DNA of 64,000 nt from Verrucomicrobiota bacterium (GCA_049510745.1 JBEKYR010000002.1:192001-256000); one strand, 5' to 3'; numbered from the stretch's first letter, positions 35,742 through 46,264 are shown. Program-made: numbers and translations. The notes: generated by a model from the letters alone, not told the origin.

Positions 35742-36656
35742 CTATTCCTCCCCAAAGAGCGCGCGGGCGAATTGTTTGGCGTCGAACGGCTGCAAGTCGT
35801 CGGGCTTTTCGCCCAGGCCGATGAATTTGACTGGCAGGCCCAGTTCGCGCTGGATGGCGATGACCATGCCGCCTTTGCTGGTGCCGTCGAGCTTGGCGAT
35901 GACCAAGCCGGTCAGGGGCACGGCCTTGTGGAATTCGCGCGCCTGGGTCAGCGCGTTCATGCCGGTGGTCGCGTCCAGCACCAGCAGCGTCTCATGGGGC
36001 GCGCCGGGCAGTTTTTTGTCCATGACCCGATGCACCTTCTGCAATTCCTTCATCAGATTGTGCTTGGTGTGGAGGCGGCCCGCCGTGTCAACAAACAGAT
36101 ACCCGGCCTGGCGGGCCAGGGCGGCGGCGATGGCGTCGTGGGCCACGGAGGCCGGGTCCGCGCCGCGCGCGCCCGAGATGACGGGGACATTGACGCGCTG
36201 GCCCCACAGTTTGAGTTGCTCGACGGCCGCGGCGCGAAAGGTGTCGCAGGCGGCCAGCAGGGCCGTCTGGCCGCGCGCCTGAACCAGGTGGGCCAGCTTG
36301 GCGGCGGTGGTGGTCTTGCCGGTGCCGTTGACGCCGACAAGCGAAACGACGGTCAAGCCCGCCGGTTGCTGGCGCAAGCCCGCGCCCGCCGCAGCCAGGC
36401 TGCGCTCGACTTCCGCGCGGGCGATGGTAAAAACATCCAGGCCGGCGCGGCCCTGCGTTTCGTAGGAATGTTTGACAGCGGCGATGATTTGGGCCGTCGT
36501 GGCCAGGCCGAGGTCGGCGGCGATCAACGCGGCTTCCAGCTCGTCGAGGCCGCCAGCGGTTAATTTCGGCGAGGCCGAGACGATGCGTTTGATTTCGTGG
36601 GCCAGTTTGCTGTGAGTTTTGAGCAGGCCCTCTTTGAACTTTTGAAACAGACCCAT
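35742..36656 (-). CDS. ftsY: SRP receptor FtsY
   Basis: GVNGTGKTTT, DTFRAAA, DTAGRL, KLDGTSKGG. Confidence 0.98.
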   Translation of the reverse strand: MGLFQKFKEGLLKTHSKLAHEIKRIVSASPKLTAGGLDELEAALIAADLGLATTAQIIAAVKHSYETQGRAGLDVFTIARAEVERSLAAAGAGLRQQPAGLTVVSLVGVNGTGKTTTAAKLAHLVQARGQTALLAACDTFRAAAVEQLKLWGQRVNVPVISGARGADPASVAHDAIAAALARQAGYLFVDTAGRLHTKHNLMKELQKVHRVMDKKLPGAPHETLLVLDATTGMNALTQAREFHKAVPLTGLVIAKLDGTSKGGMVIAIQRELGLPVKFIGLGEKPDDLQPFDAKQFARALFGEE

Positions 36657-36659
36657 GAA

Positions 36660-37598
36660 TCAGGCGGAATTGGCGGCGGCCGGCCGGGGGCGGCAAGCCC
36701 GGTTGAGGCGGGCTTGCTTGAGCTTTTCCAAATAGACGGCGGCCAGCTTGACGCCGCCGATGAGAGGCTTGCCCTTGCTGTAGCCGTGGCAGTCGGAGCC
36801 GCCGGTGACGGCCAAGTTGAGGCGCCCGGCCATCTTTAAATAATGTTCGGTCATGTCCGCAGTGTGGCGGGTGTGAAAACATTCCATCCCGTCCAGCCCT
36901 TGCCCGACCAGGTTGGGAATGATGTGGTCGCTGTGGTTGAGCGCCGGATGGGCCAGCACGGCCAGCCCGCCCGCCTGATGAATCAAATCCATGGCCTCCA
37001 GGGCGGAGATTTTGTATTTCGGCACCCAGGCGGGCCGGCCTTTTTTCAAATACTTTTCAAAGGCCTCGTCCACGCTGGAGCAAAGCCCTTCGAGCACCAG
37101 CGCCCGGCCCACGTGCGGACGGCCCGGAGAATGGCAGTTGGCCAGCTCAAAAACCGACTCGGCCCGCAGGGGCACGCCCAATTTGTTGAGGCGGGAGGCC
37201 ATTTCCCGGATGCGATTCTGGCGGACGGTTTGAAATTTTTTGATTTCGCCCAGCAACCGGGGATGTTCCACCTCCAGGAAGTAACCCAGCAAATGCACTT
37301 CGTGGCCATCGTATTCGGCCGTCAACTCCGTGCCGGGGATAAACTCGATGTCCAGGGAGGCGCAAGCCCGGCCCATGCGCCCGCAGCCTTCGACGGTGTC
37401 ATGGTCGGTCAAGGCCATCGCCACCAACCCCAGGCGCCGGCCGCGTTCGGCCAACTCCTCGGGAGTGAAAGTGCCGTCGGAAAAGAGGGTGTGCAGATGG
37501 AGGTCGGCAAAGCCAGCCAGCCCGGAGCGGGGGGCGGCCGCGACCGGTTCCCCTTGCGCTCTGGCTCTTTCGGACTCGATGGCGAGGGAGGGGTTCAT
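36660..37598 (-). CDS. PHP-domain phosphoesterase
   Basis: DLHLHT..SDG, LTDHD, HLLGY, LAHP, GGSDCHG. Confidence 0.93.
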   Translation of the reverse strand: MNPSLAIESERARAQGEPVAAAPRSGLAGFADLHLHTLFSDGTFTPEELAERGRRLGLVAMALTDHDTVEGCGRMGRACASLDIEFIPGTELTAEYDGHEVHLLGYFLEVEHPRLLGEIKKFQTVRQNRIREMASRLNKLGVPLRAESVFELANCHSPGRPHVGRALVLEGLCSSVDEAFEKYLKKGRPAWVPKYKISALEAMDLIHQAGGLAVLAHPALNHSDHIIPNLVGQGLDGMECFHTRHTADMTEHYLKMAGRLNLAVTGGSDCHGYSKGKPLIGGVKLAAVYLEKLKQARLNRACRPRPAAANSA

Positions 37599-38095
37599 TT
37601 GCCGATGCGCGTCGGCCGCGACAATTCCCCTTTAATCGTGTCCAGGATGCCGTTGACGAACTTGCCACTGTCCTGGGTGGAAAATTTCTTCGCGATATCG
37701 ACGGCTTCGTTAATGCTCACCACGGGTGGAATATCGTCCCGATAGAGCATTTCGTAAATAGCGAGACGCAAGATATTCCGGTCCACGACCGCCATGCGGT
37801 TAATATCCCAATTTTGGGCGTGGGCGGAGATTTTTTCATCCAACTGGGGGCGGTGCTCGAGCACGCCGCGGATCAATCGGTCGGCAAAGAGGCGCGTGGC
37901 CACTTCGGCGGCGGTGGGGGGCGGCAGATCGACTTTTTGGCCCCAGGTGGCGGAGGCCTTTTCCTCGGCGATGGCCGGGGCGCGCTGCGACCCCCAAAAA
38001 TGGCCGAGCGCCTCCTCCAGATTGTCCGGAGGATTAAGGTCGTGCTGAAAGAGAAATTGCACGGCCCGCTCTCGAGCTTCACGGCGTTGTCCCAT
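37595..38095 (-). CDS. nusB: Transcription antitermination factor NusB
   Basis: RREARERAVQ, DRNILRLA, INEAVDIAKKFS..FVNGILD. Confidence 0.97.
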   Translation of the reverse strand: MGQRREARERAVQFLFQHDLNPPDNLEEALGHFWGSQRAPAIAEEKASATWGQKVDLPPPTAAEVATRLFADRLIRGVLEHRPQLDEKISAHAQNWDINRMAVVDRNILRLAIYEMLYRDDIPPVVSINEAVDIAKKFSTQDSGKFVNGILDTIKGELSRPTRIGK

Positions 38096-38453
38096 AGAAG
38101 CCAGAATGGCCCCAAAAACCCGAATGCAAAAGGAAATTATCGGCTGCCGTTCCCGTTTGAATGGGCTTCGCCCGGCTCAAATCCGGATGTGGCCGCCCTA
38201 AAAAGGAAAGTGTGTTCTGCCAAAAAAATCAAAGTGATGCAAATTCCGGCCTTATTGAACCGTTACCGGACTAACCTGTTGACTATCAGGCCAATAGAGA
38301 AACGCTCTTTCCCGGCCGTTTTTCCTTGCGCCATGTTCATTCGTAAGTATTATCTTCGCGATAAGCCCGGTTAGCCGCGATTCGTTGTTCATCGTACAGT
38401 TGACTGGAGCTGTTTTGTTGAAGCCAATAACACAATAACAATCAGGACCGCCA

Positions 38454-38849
38454 ATGAAATTAAATCTCGAAGTTCGCAACAATCCTTTGGTCGTATTGTT
38501 CACCGTTTACGTCGATGGACTTGGAACACTGCAACAGGCCTCGTTCCAGCACAGCAAGCCCGGCGTGTTCACCTATTCCCAGGATATAACAGTTCCCGGC
38601 CCGACCCTCTTCATAAAATACACAATCGTCGGGGTGGGTTCAAACATTCAAAGTCCAACCGGCGTCTGCCTGGTGAGCTTTGGCGTTCCGCCCGCAGCCC
38701 CGCCGGCAGCGCCGACTCCAAATTACCTCAAACCCTACCTTATTGCCGCCATCACGGCCGGAAACTCGGCGGATTCAGAGGAATTCTCTTATCCAGTTGC
38801 GGGGGGAGCATCCGCCCTCAGCCAAATCCCCGGATTTGACCAACTGTGA
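38454..38849 (+). CDS. Hypothetical beta-rich protein
   Basis: 131-aa ORF in a lower-GC segment; no recognised family. Confidence 0.6.
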   Translation: MKLNLEVRNNPLVVLFTVYVDGLGTLQQASFQHSKPGVFTYSQDITVPGPTLFIKYTIVGVGSNIQSPTGVCLVSFGVPPAAPPAAPTPNYLKPYLIAAITAGNSADSEEFSYPVAGGASALSQIPGFDQL

Positions 38850-38887
38850 GTTTCGGCGAGCAATCACCTCAATCTACCAACATATAT

Positions 38888-39934
38888 ATGAATCGTCCAG
38901 TTGCTTTCCTCGGTCTTCTCACACTCGTCGGCGCCACCGTTACTGATTTGTATGGACAGCTTGTTGTTGATGCCGGCGGGCCGCGCGACTCATTTTACTC
39001 ATCTGCCAGTTCAACGCTCGGCTTGTCGGGATTGGCTGTTAAACTGAATACCGACCCGGAGTCCCTGGAGGCGACCTATCTTTCCGGGACGCTCTTCGGA
39101 AAACAGCCGCTGCCAGAAGGATCCGGCAACTGGCTCTATGGACTGGACGTCAAATTTTCGGCCGTCAATGGCGTGTTAAACATGAATAGCTGGCCAAAAA
39201 CAGACCTGTCACCGCTGCTAAACCATACCTGGATAACTTCAAGCACTGATAATAAACCCTGGATTTTTTCCCTTAACCTGCGTGATACCCCGTCCTTTGC
39301 GCAATATCCGATCTTTGATAAGACGCTGGCGTCAGGAAAACAATTTTACACCAAGAACGCCCTGGGAAATACGGTCGTCGGCACATTTTCAGTGGTTCCA
39401 GGCGGAGCGAGTTGGTTCGCTCTCGCCGTTTCGGCCGGTTTTAGCGCCACAAATAACTATGCTCAATTGCCGAAGGTGACAGTCGGGAAGTTACTGGCGT
39501 CGGGTTCCTCGACAACGGTCGTTGGATCCGGCCAGGCCGCCCGCTATGGAACATTCGAGCGATACAATGCGGTTCCGTTGACATTAATGACCGTCTTTCA
39601 GCCGGTAGAGGGCCAATGGACGACCAACTTTTCCAAATGCGCCGGAACTCTTTTAGGCTGGCTCAGTCCCGGTGCGAAAGACGCGTCCTATATCCCTATA
39701 GTATCTCCGTATGCTTCGCTTACTCCGGGAGACCTTGGGCGCCCTGTGGACGCGGTTGGCCTCAATTTAGTTATTCGAGGAATGGATAGCAAGGTTCCAG
39801 TGGACTCAACTGGGCCGCATCCCGAAGCACAGAAGTTGAGCTTTCCGTTATCAATCTTTGTGGAACGGGTTAATGCGTTTTCCGGAAAGCCAAGTATCAC
39901 CGTAGGCGCCGGGCTGACCTTCAAGTGGCCGTAA
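38888..39934 (+). CDS. Hypothetical exported protein, possibly outer-membrane
   Basis: Signal-like N-terminus; amphipathic strands; ends ITVGAGLTFKWP. Confidence 0.65.
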   Translation: MNRPVAFLGLLTLVGATVTDLYGQLVVDAGGPRDSFYSSASSTLGLSGLAVKLNTDPESLEATYLSGTLFGKQPLPEGSGNWLYGLDVKFSAVNGVLNMNSWPKTDLSPLLNHTWITSSTDNKPWIFSLNLRDTPSFAQYPIFDKTLASGKQFYTKNALGNTVVGTFSVVPGGASWFALAVSAGFSATNNYAQLPKVTVGKLLASGSSTTVVGSGQAARYGTFERYNAVPLTLMTVFQPVEGQWTTNFSKCAGTLLGWLSPGAKDASYIPIVSPYASLTPGDLGRPVDAVGLNLVIRGMDSKVPVDSTGPHPEAQKLSFPLSIFVERVNAFSGKPSITVGAGLTFKWP

Positions 39935-40148
39935 GCGACCGATGCAAGCCGCGCCAGGCCGTCCAACCTGTGCCTACGGCTGCGTGACTAGCGCCGTGAT
40001 CACGCTGACGGTCGCTCTGCCGCCGCCAAAGGCCGGCCTGACGGGCGCGGAGGCGGTGCCACTGCAGTTGAGCGGCGCCGCCGGGTCCAAAACACGGCGG
40101 CTTCCAGCAGCCGTCTCTACCGGCTTTCCGCTTTTTAATGTCAAAACC

Positions 40149-41876
40149 TCAGACAGGCAGGGTGATGAGAATGGCGGTGCCCCTGGCCGGGACCGAGCGG
40201 ATGCGCACCTTTCCCCGGTGCGTTTCGATGACGCGCCCGACGATGGCCAAACCGAGGCCGGTGCCCTTGTGCTTGGTCGTGTTCAACAAGGAGGAGAAAG
40301 GCTGGCGGCGCTGTTCTTCGGGCATCCCCCGCCCGGTGTCCCGAAATTCGATCAAGACGTGCGACGGCCGCCCCGCGCGGGAACCGAGCCTGACCGCCCG
40401 CGTCGAGAGGGTGAGCGTGCCGCCTTCGGGCATGGCCTCGACGGCGTTTAAGGTCAGGTTCAGGAAGGCCTGGGCCAATTGGGTGCCGTCGGCCATGATT
40501 TCCGGGAGGTCCGGCGCCAAGCGGCGGACAAACTCAATGCGCTGGTTGCGCAGTTTGTGGCGGGTGAGCAGCGCCAGGTCGTCGAGGAGTTGATTGATGT
40601 TGACCGGGCCGAGCTTGGGTTCGGTGCTGCGGGCGAAATCGAGGATTTGCTCCACGATCTTGTTCAGGTGCTCCATTTTTTCCCGCAGGATGGCGTCGTC
40701 CTTGATCCGCGGGTCCCCGGGGGAAAAATCCAGGCGCAGGGAGTGGTAGAGCATTTTCATGACGGTAAGCGGATTGCGGATTTCGTGGGCGACTTCGGCG
40801 GCGAGGAGGCCGAGGGCGGAGAGTTTTTCGTTTTGACGCAACTGCTCCTCCTGGTCCACGACGCGCTCGTAAAGGCGGGCCTTTTCCAAGGCGATGGCGG
40901 AGAGTTCGGCCAGGGCGGTGAGGGTGTTGATTTCCTCGTTGGAGAAGCTGCGGGCCTGGCCGGTATAAACATTGAGCGTGCCGATGACCTGGCCGCCGAA
41001 GACCAGCGGCGCGCTGAGCAGCGAGACCAGCCCCTCGCGCTGCGCCATGTCCTTGTTCTGGTAAAGCGACGACTCGCAGACGTTCTCCAGTTGCATCGGC
41101 TTTTTGCGGCGGACGACGATTCCCATGAAGCTTTCGTCGGCGCTCAGGCGGGGTTTGTCCAGGTAAGCCGGCCCGGCGCCGAAGCTGGCGCGCAAATCGA
41201 GCCATTGGCCGGTGGCATCGAGCATGAGGAGGGTACAGGTGCGGGCTTCCATCAAGACGCAGGCTTCGCGGGTGATGAGTTGGAGCGCCTCGTTGACATT
41301 GAGGGCGGAGTTGATGGTGCGGCTGACGCTGACGAGGGTTTGGAGCAGGCGGGCCTTGAGGCGCGACTGTTCGAAGAGCCAGGTGTTCTGGATGACCTTG
41401 GCCGCCTGCACCGCCAATTCCTCCAATAATTCCTGGTCCTGGCCGCTGAACGCGTTTTCCTTTTCGGCATCGACGTTGAGCACGCCTCTCACCTCCCCCA
41501 TGACCTCAAGCGGCACGGCCAGCTCGGAGCGGACCTCCGCGCGCAGCATGACGTAACGGGGGTCCTGGCGGACTACCCCGACGCGAGCCGGCTTGCCGGT
41601 GCGGGCGACCCAGCCGGTGATTCCCTGGCCGAGCCGGAGGCGGACATCGCCGACACTGGGGGTCTGGCCGGCCGAGGCCTGAATTTCCAGGAAGCCGTTG
41701 GTGGGGTTGATCAGAGCGAGAGAGCCGCTGGAGGCGCGCATGAGGCGGACGGCTTCCTGCAAAATCAATTGCAGGGCCTGCTGCGGATCGAGAGTCGAAT
41801 GGATGACGTTGCTGACCTGATAGAGCAGCTTGAGGCGCTCATGGTCCGCGCGCAAACTGGCGAGGTCATCGGGCAT
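40149..41876 (-). CDS. Cytoplasmic GAF-GAF sensor histidine kinase
   Basis: Two GAF domains; AHEIRNPL H-box, NLTLNAVEAM, DTGRGM, GTGLGL. Confidence 0.93.
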   Translation of the reverse strand: MPDDLASLRADHERLKLLYQVSNVIHSTLDPQQALQLILQEAVRLMRASSGSLALINPTNGFLEIQASAGQTPSVGDVRLRLGQGITGWVARTGKPARVGVVRQDPRYVMLRAEVRSELAVPLEVMGEVRGVLNVDAEKENAFSGQDQELLEELAVQAAKVIQNTWLFEQSRLKARLLQTLVSVSRTINSALNVNEALQLITREACVLMEARTCTLLMLDATGQWLDLRASFGAGPAYLDKPRLSADESFMGIVVRRKKPMQLENVCESSLYQNKDMAQREGLVSLLSAPLVFGGQVIGTLNVYTGQARSFSNEEINTLTALAELSAIALEKARLYERVVDQEEQLRQNEKLSALGLLAAEVAHEIRNPLTVMKMLYHSLRLDFSPGDPRIKDDAILREKMEHLNKIVEQILDFARSTEPKLGPVNINQLLDDLALLTRHKLRNQRIEFVRRLAPDLPEIMADGTQLAQAFLNLTLNAVEAMPEGGTLTLSTRAVRLGSRAGRPSHVLIEFRDTGRGMPEEQRRQPFSSLLNTTKHKGTGLGLAIVGRVIETHRGKVRIRSVPARGTAILITLPV

Positions 41877-41941
41877 CAAGGAAGGGTAAGGTTAAAAGTT
41901 TAAAGTTTAAAGCCTTTCGCGCGCAGCCTCTCGCGCCTTTT

Positions 41942-43069
41942 TCATCGCTGGCGCGCCAGAAGGGCCAGGCCGACGCCGCCGCAGAGGATGTTCGGCAGCC
42001 AGGCCGCCAGCGCCGGGTCCAGATACCCGCCCACGCCCAAGCCGACGGAGATGCGTTGCAGGATGAAATAGCCGAAACAAATGAAGATGCTCCCGGCCAC
42101 GCCGACAAAGACGTTGTGCCGGCCCGCCCGCGCCCCGAAAGGCAGCGCTATCAAGACGACGGCCAGGCAGGTGAAGGGCGCCGCGAACCGGGCCTGCAGT
42201 TGCGTCATTAACATGGCCCTTTTGCGCGGGTCGATTTGCGGGTGCAGGCGCAGGTAGTCGCGTATTTCACGGATCGAGAGTTGCAATCCTTTCGCGGCAT
42301 CGGTGGCGGTGAGGTTGTTGACTTTGATTTCGCTTTTGATCCAGGCGGGCGTTTCCGGGAGGGGCGCGGAGAATTCGGGGTTGGCGGCGGCGTTCGTCGG
42401 CCAGCTTTCGATATAGAAGGGTTCCCTGGCCGGCCGGTCCCAGACATGCGCTCCGAAAAAATGCCATTGGCCGTCGCGGTACTGCCCGCGCTGGGCGTCA
42501 ATCTTGCGGCTCGAGCCGTCCGCCAAGTCCCAGGTGACGGTCAGATCGAGCACTTCCCCGGTCTTCGTATTGAAATGGCCGATGATCCATTTGCGGCGGG
42601 CGGGTTCGTTGTTCAAAACGAAGCGGGGAGTCAGCTCGCGCCGGCCGGGCTGGATGAGGCGGCGCTCCATAATGTCCCGCGCGCGCTCGGCCGCCGACGG
42701 CAGCCAGAATTCGCTGATCAGGAAAACGATCAGCCCAAAGACCGCGCCAACACCCAGATAAGGCAGCGCCAGCCGCCACAGGCCGACCCCCGCCGCGCGC
42801 ATGGCCGTCAGCTCGTTGTGCCGGCTGTGATTGGTCAGGGAATAGAGCAACGCCAGCAGGAGCGAAACCGGCAACACTTGCTCGACCAATAACTCCGGCA
42901 GCGTGACCACGTAGTATTCCACAATGTCCCCAAACAACATCCGGCTGTCCTGGAAACGGTTGATCTGAAAAATCAGATCGAAGGCGACGTAAAAAACCAG
43001 GAACCCGCACAGACAATAGCCCAGCGGCACGAGCAATTCGCGCAATAAGTAGCGGTCCAACAAGCGCAC
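41942..43069 (-). CDS. LptF/LptG-family LPS export permease
   Basis: LLDRYLLRE, HNELTAMRAAG, AAWLPN. Confidence 0.9.
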   Translation of the reverse strand: MRLLDRYLLRELLVPLGYCLCGFLVFYVAFDLIFQINRFQDSRMLFGDIVEYYVVTLPELLVEQVLPVSLLLALLYSLTNHSRHNELTAMRAAGVGLWRLALPYLGVGAVFGLIVFLISEFWLPSAAERARDIMERRLIQPGRRELTPRFVLNNEPARRKWIIGHFNTKTGEVLDLTVTWDLADGSSRKIDAQRGQYRDGQWHFFGAHVWDRPAREPFYIESWPTNAAANPEFSAPLPETPAWIKSEIKVNNLTATDAAKGLQLSIREIRDYLRLHPQIDPRKRAMLMTQLQARFAAPFTCLAVVLIALPFGARAGRHNVFVGVAGSIFICFGYFILQRISVGLGVGGYLDPALAAWLPNILCGGVGLALLARQR

Positions 43070-43106
43070 CGGGCCAATTGTACCGGGCGGCGGCCGATTG
43101 ACGAGG

Positions 43107-44669
43107 CTATTTCGGCGGCGCGGCGGCGTGAATGAAACGGGCCAGGTCTCTTTTCAACGCCAGCCGGGACGGTTGATTGACATACATCATGTGGCCCGCT
43201 TCGTAGTAGCCCAGGGTGACGTTGCCGCGGAGGTTCGGCGGCAGTCCGATGTGATCGAAGGTGTAGCGCGTGGCCAGGAAGGGGGTGGCCAGGTCGTAAT
43301 AGCCGTTGGCGACGAAGACCTTCAAATACGGATTGTGCGTCATGGCCCTGCGCAGCGTTTCGGCGACGTCCAGATAGTGGTTCCGCGCTTCGCTGAAGTC
43401 CCACGGCTGCACCTTGGCGGTCAGCACTTCATACGGCAGGTCGCTCTCGAACTTCAATTCCATCCGCACGTAATCGTTGAAGCCGGCCGCGAACGGCCCC
43501 AGCGCCGAGGTGAAGCTCGGATCGTATTCCGGCGCTTCTCCCACCGCGTCGAGGTCCACGCCGGTCAGGCGGCTGTCATAGCGCCCGAGGGTCAGCCGTT
43601 CTTTGCGCAGCAGTTCCTTGAAGAAAAGGCTGACGCGAACCCGCAAATTGGCGCGATCCACGAAATCCTCCGACAACCCGGTCAGGCGGGCCAGTTCCTT
43701 GACGATCCCGGCCCGTTCCGCGTCCGAGAGGCCCGCGCCCTGCATTAACGCGCGGCTGTAATCCCCCAGCGCAAAATTTTCCGACTCCGCCATCGCCTTC
43801 TTTTCGTCCGCTTGCAGATCGGGCGGGAGTTTCTTGTGATACCAGGCAGTCGCCGTCTCGCTCGGAAGAAAAAGGATGTAGGGCAGATCGTTTCCGGCGT
43901 TGAAACTGAGCGTCTCGAAATCCAGCACCGACGACACCAGGACAATACCGTTGAGATACATCCCGTAACGGTTCTCCAAGTGGGAGGACAACCCCGCCGC
44001 GCGCGTCGTTCCGTAACTTTCGCCGATGAGAAATTTCGGCGATGTCCAGCGGTTGTAGCGCGTGGTGTAAATGCGGATGAACTCCCCCACCGACGCCAGG
44101 TCCTGGTCCACGCCGTGATACTTGCCCGCGTCCTCCACGGGGATGGAGCGGGTGAAGCCGGTGCTGACCGGGTCGATGAAAACGAGGTCGGCCTCGTCGA
44201 GCAGTGATTCGTTATTATTGACAAGACGAAAGGGGGGCGGCGGCAGCGAGCCGTCTTCCTCCAGGAACACGCGCTTCGGCCCCAGCAGACCGAGATGGAG
44301 CCAGACGGAGGACGACCCCGGGCCCCCGTTGAAGGAGAACGAAACGGGCCGTTCGGCCGCGTTGGTCGCGTCGAGACGCGTATAGGCGATGAAGAAAAAC
44401 GAGACGTGCGCCTTGCCCTCCTCGTCCTTCATGACGATGGTGCCCGCCGTCGCTTTGTATTTTATTTCGACCCCGTTGATCGTGACGGAGTTGGTCGTTT
44501 CCGAAAGCTGGTCCTTCGGCTCTTTCTTCGCTTCGTCGGCTTTCGCTTCGGCCGATTTTTTTGCGCCCTGAGCGGCGTTGGTCGAGGCCTCGGTTTTGTC
44601 CTCGGCCCGCAGACTGCCCGCCAACACCAGCAAAGCCGCCAGCGCGGCCGCGATTTTTCGATGCGTCAT
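43107..44669 (-). CDS. S10-family serine carboxypeptidase, secreted
   Basis: FNGGPGSSS, FIDPVSTG, GESYGTTR, GYYDLATP, YEAGHMMY. Start at ATG 44669 (signal peptide). Confidence 0.93.
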   Translation of the reverse strand: MTHRKIAAALAALLVLAGSLRAEDKTEASTNAAQGAKKSAEAKADEAKKEPKDQLSETTNSVTINGVEIKYKATAGTIVMKDEEGKAHVSFFFIAYTRLDATNAAERPVSFSFNGGPGSSSVWLHLGLLGPKRVFLEEDGSLPPPPFRLVNNNESLLDEADLVFIDPVSTGFTRSIPVEDAGKYHGVDQDLASVGEFIRIYTTRYNRWTSPKFLIGESYGTTRAAGLSSHLENRYGMYLNGIVLVSSVLDFETLSFNAGNDLPYILFLPSETATAWYHKKLPPDLQADEKKAMAESENFALGDYSRALMQGAGLSDAERAGIVKELARLTGLSEDFVDRANLRVRVSLFFKELLRKERLTLGRYDSRLTGVDLDAVGEAPEYDPSFTSALGPFAAGFNDYVRMELKFESDLPYEVLTAKVQPWDFSEARNHYLDVAETLRRAMTHNPYLKVFVANGYYDLATPFLATRYTFDHIGLPPNLRGNVTLGYYEAGHMMYVNQPSRLALKRDLARFIHAAAPPK

Positions 44670-45445
44670 TTCGTTTTCCTTTCCGTTTCCAATTTGCGAT
44701 TGAACGCCACCACTTCTTCGTAGCGAACCCCGTGACCGCCGAAAATATCCAGCGCCGAGCCGATGGTCAAGTCGATTTTTCGGCCGCCCAGGCGCGCGAC
44801 CTCTTCGAGGTCGCGCAACGAGTTCGCGCCCCCGGCGTAAGTCGTCGGAAGCGGCGACCAGCGGCCCAGTTTTTCGACCAACTCCAAATCCACCCCCCGG
44901 CACAGCCCCTCGACATCCGCCGCGTGGACCAAAAACTCGGCGCTCCACTCTCCCAGCCGCGCCAGCGTGTCCGGCCCGATTGCCATTTCCGTGAACTTCT
45001 GCCAGCGATCGGTCACAACCCAGTAGACCCCGTCCCGTTTTCGGCAGCTTAAATCGAGCACCAACCGCTTCTTTCCGATGGCCGCCACCAACCGCTTGAG
45101 CCGGCCCCAATCCAACTGACCTTCCCGAAAAATCCAGGAAGTGACGATGACATGCGACGCCCCGGCTTCGAGCCACGCGGCTGCGTTTTCCAAATTAATT
45201 CCACCGCCAACTTGCAGGCCGCCCGGAAACGCCGCCAGCGCCTCGCGCGCCGCCGTTTCGTTGCCGGGGCCGAGCATGATGACGTGGCCCCCGCGCAGGC
45301 CGTCGCGCCGATACAATCGGGCATACCAGGCGGCAGGCTGATCGGAGACGAAATTTGTCCGCACCTCGCCGGCCCCGGCGGTCAAGGTGCCGCCGACAAT
45401 TTGCTTGACCTTCCCTTCATGCAGATCGATGCACGGACGAAACAT
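44666..45445 (-). CDS. hisA: ProFAR isomerase, eukaryote (His6)-type
   Basis: MFRPCIDLHEGKVKQIVGG, LVLDLSCR, HAADVEG, DLTIGSALDIFGG. Confidence 0.93.
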   Translation of the reverse strand: MFRPCIDLHEGKVKQIVGGTLTAGAGEVRTNFVSDQPAAWYARLYRRDGLRGGHVIMLGPGNETAAREALAAFPGGLQVGGGINLENAAAWLEAGASHVIVTSWIFREGQLDWGRLKRLVAAIGKKRLVLDLSCRKRDGVYWVVTDRWQKFTEMAIGPDTLARLGEWSAEFLVHAADVEGLCRGVDLELVEKLGRWSPLPTTYAGGANSLRDLEEVARLGGRKIDLTIGSALDIFGGHGVRYEEVVAFNRKLETERKTK

Positions 45446-45448
45446 GGA

Positions 45449-46264
45449 TCACCCCTGGCCGAGCTTGCGGGATTTCTCGGTGGCGGCTCGCACGGCGCTC
45501 ATCAAGACGCCCCGCACCTTGCCCTTTTCCAATTCGTGCAAGCCCTCGATCGTCGTGCCGCCGGGGCTGGCGACCATGTCTTTGAGGGCGCCGGGATGCA
45601 GGCCAGTTTCCAGGACCATCTTCGCGCTGCCCAGGACCGTTTGCGCGGCCAGTTTTGTCGCCACGTCGCGCGGCAGGCCCGCCGCCACGCCGCCGTCGCT
45701 CAAGGCCTCGATCACCAGGTAAATGTAAGCCGGCCCGCTGCCGCTCAACCCGGTGACGGCGTCCAGCAACGATTCTTTCACTTGAAAGGCAATGCCGACG
45801 GCGGAGAAAAACCGCTGCGCCAAGGCCGCGTCCTCCGCCGTGGCCGCCTGGCCCAAGGCATAAGCGGTGGCCGAAGCTCCGACCAGCGCCGGGGTGTTGG
45901 GCATGACGCGAATGACGCGGCCGCCCCCGCCCAGCGCGCCCTCCAACTTCGCCAGAGGCACGCCCGCCGCGATCGAAATGAGCAGGTGCTCCGGTGTGAT
46001 GGCGGGCCGGATTTCCGCCAGCAACTCCGGGACATTCCCCGGCTTGACCGCCAGGACGAGCACGCGGGCAAAGCGCACCACATCGAGATTCGATTCCCCG
46101 GCCTTCGCGCCGGTTTCTTTGCCAAAGGCGGCGCGCGCCGCAGGCACCGGATCGCTGGCCCGGATTTGCGGGGCCTTGACCAGACCTGCCGAGATCACTC
46201 CCTTGGCCAGCGCGCCGGCCATTTTGCCGGCGCCGAGAAACCCGATGCTAAGTTGAGCAGCCAT
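45449..46264 (-). CDS. proC: Pyrroline-5-carboxylate reductase
   Basis: GAGKMA, LAVKP, RVMPNTP, SGSGPAY, SPGGTT. Confidence 0.97.
   Translation of the reverse strand: MAAQLSIGFLGAGKMAGALAKGVISAGLVKAPQIRASDPVPAARAAFGKETGAKAGESNLDVVRFARVLVLAVKPGNVPELLAEIRPAITPEHLLISIAAGVPLAKLEGALGGGGRVIRVMPNTPALVGASATAYALGQAATAEDAALAQRFFSAVGIAFQVKESLLDAVTGLSGSGPAYIYLVIEALSDGGVAAGLPRDVATKLAAQTVLGSAKMVLETGLHPGALKDMVASPGGTTIEGLHELEKGKVRGVLMSAVRAATEKSRKLGQG

Noticed and set aside
44670..45176. N-terminal extension of the S10 peptidase ORF
   Set aside because: Overlaps hisA; the signal peptide begins at ATG 44669.
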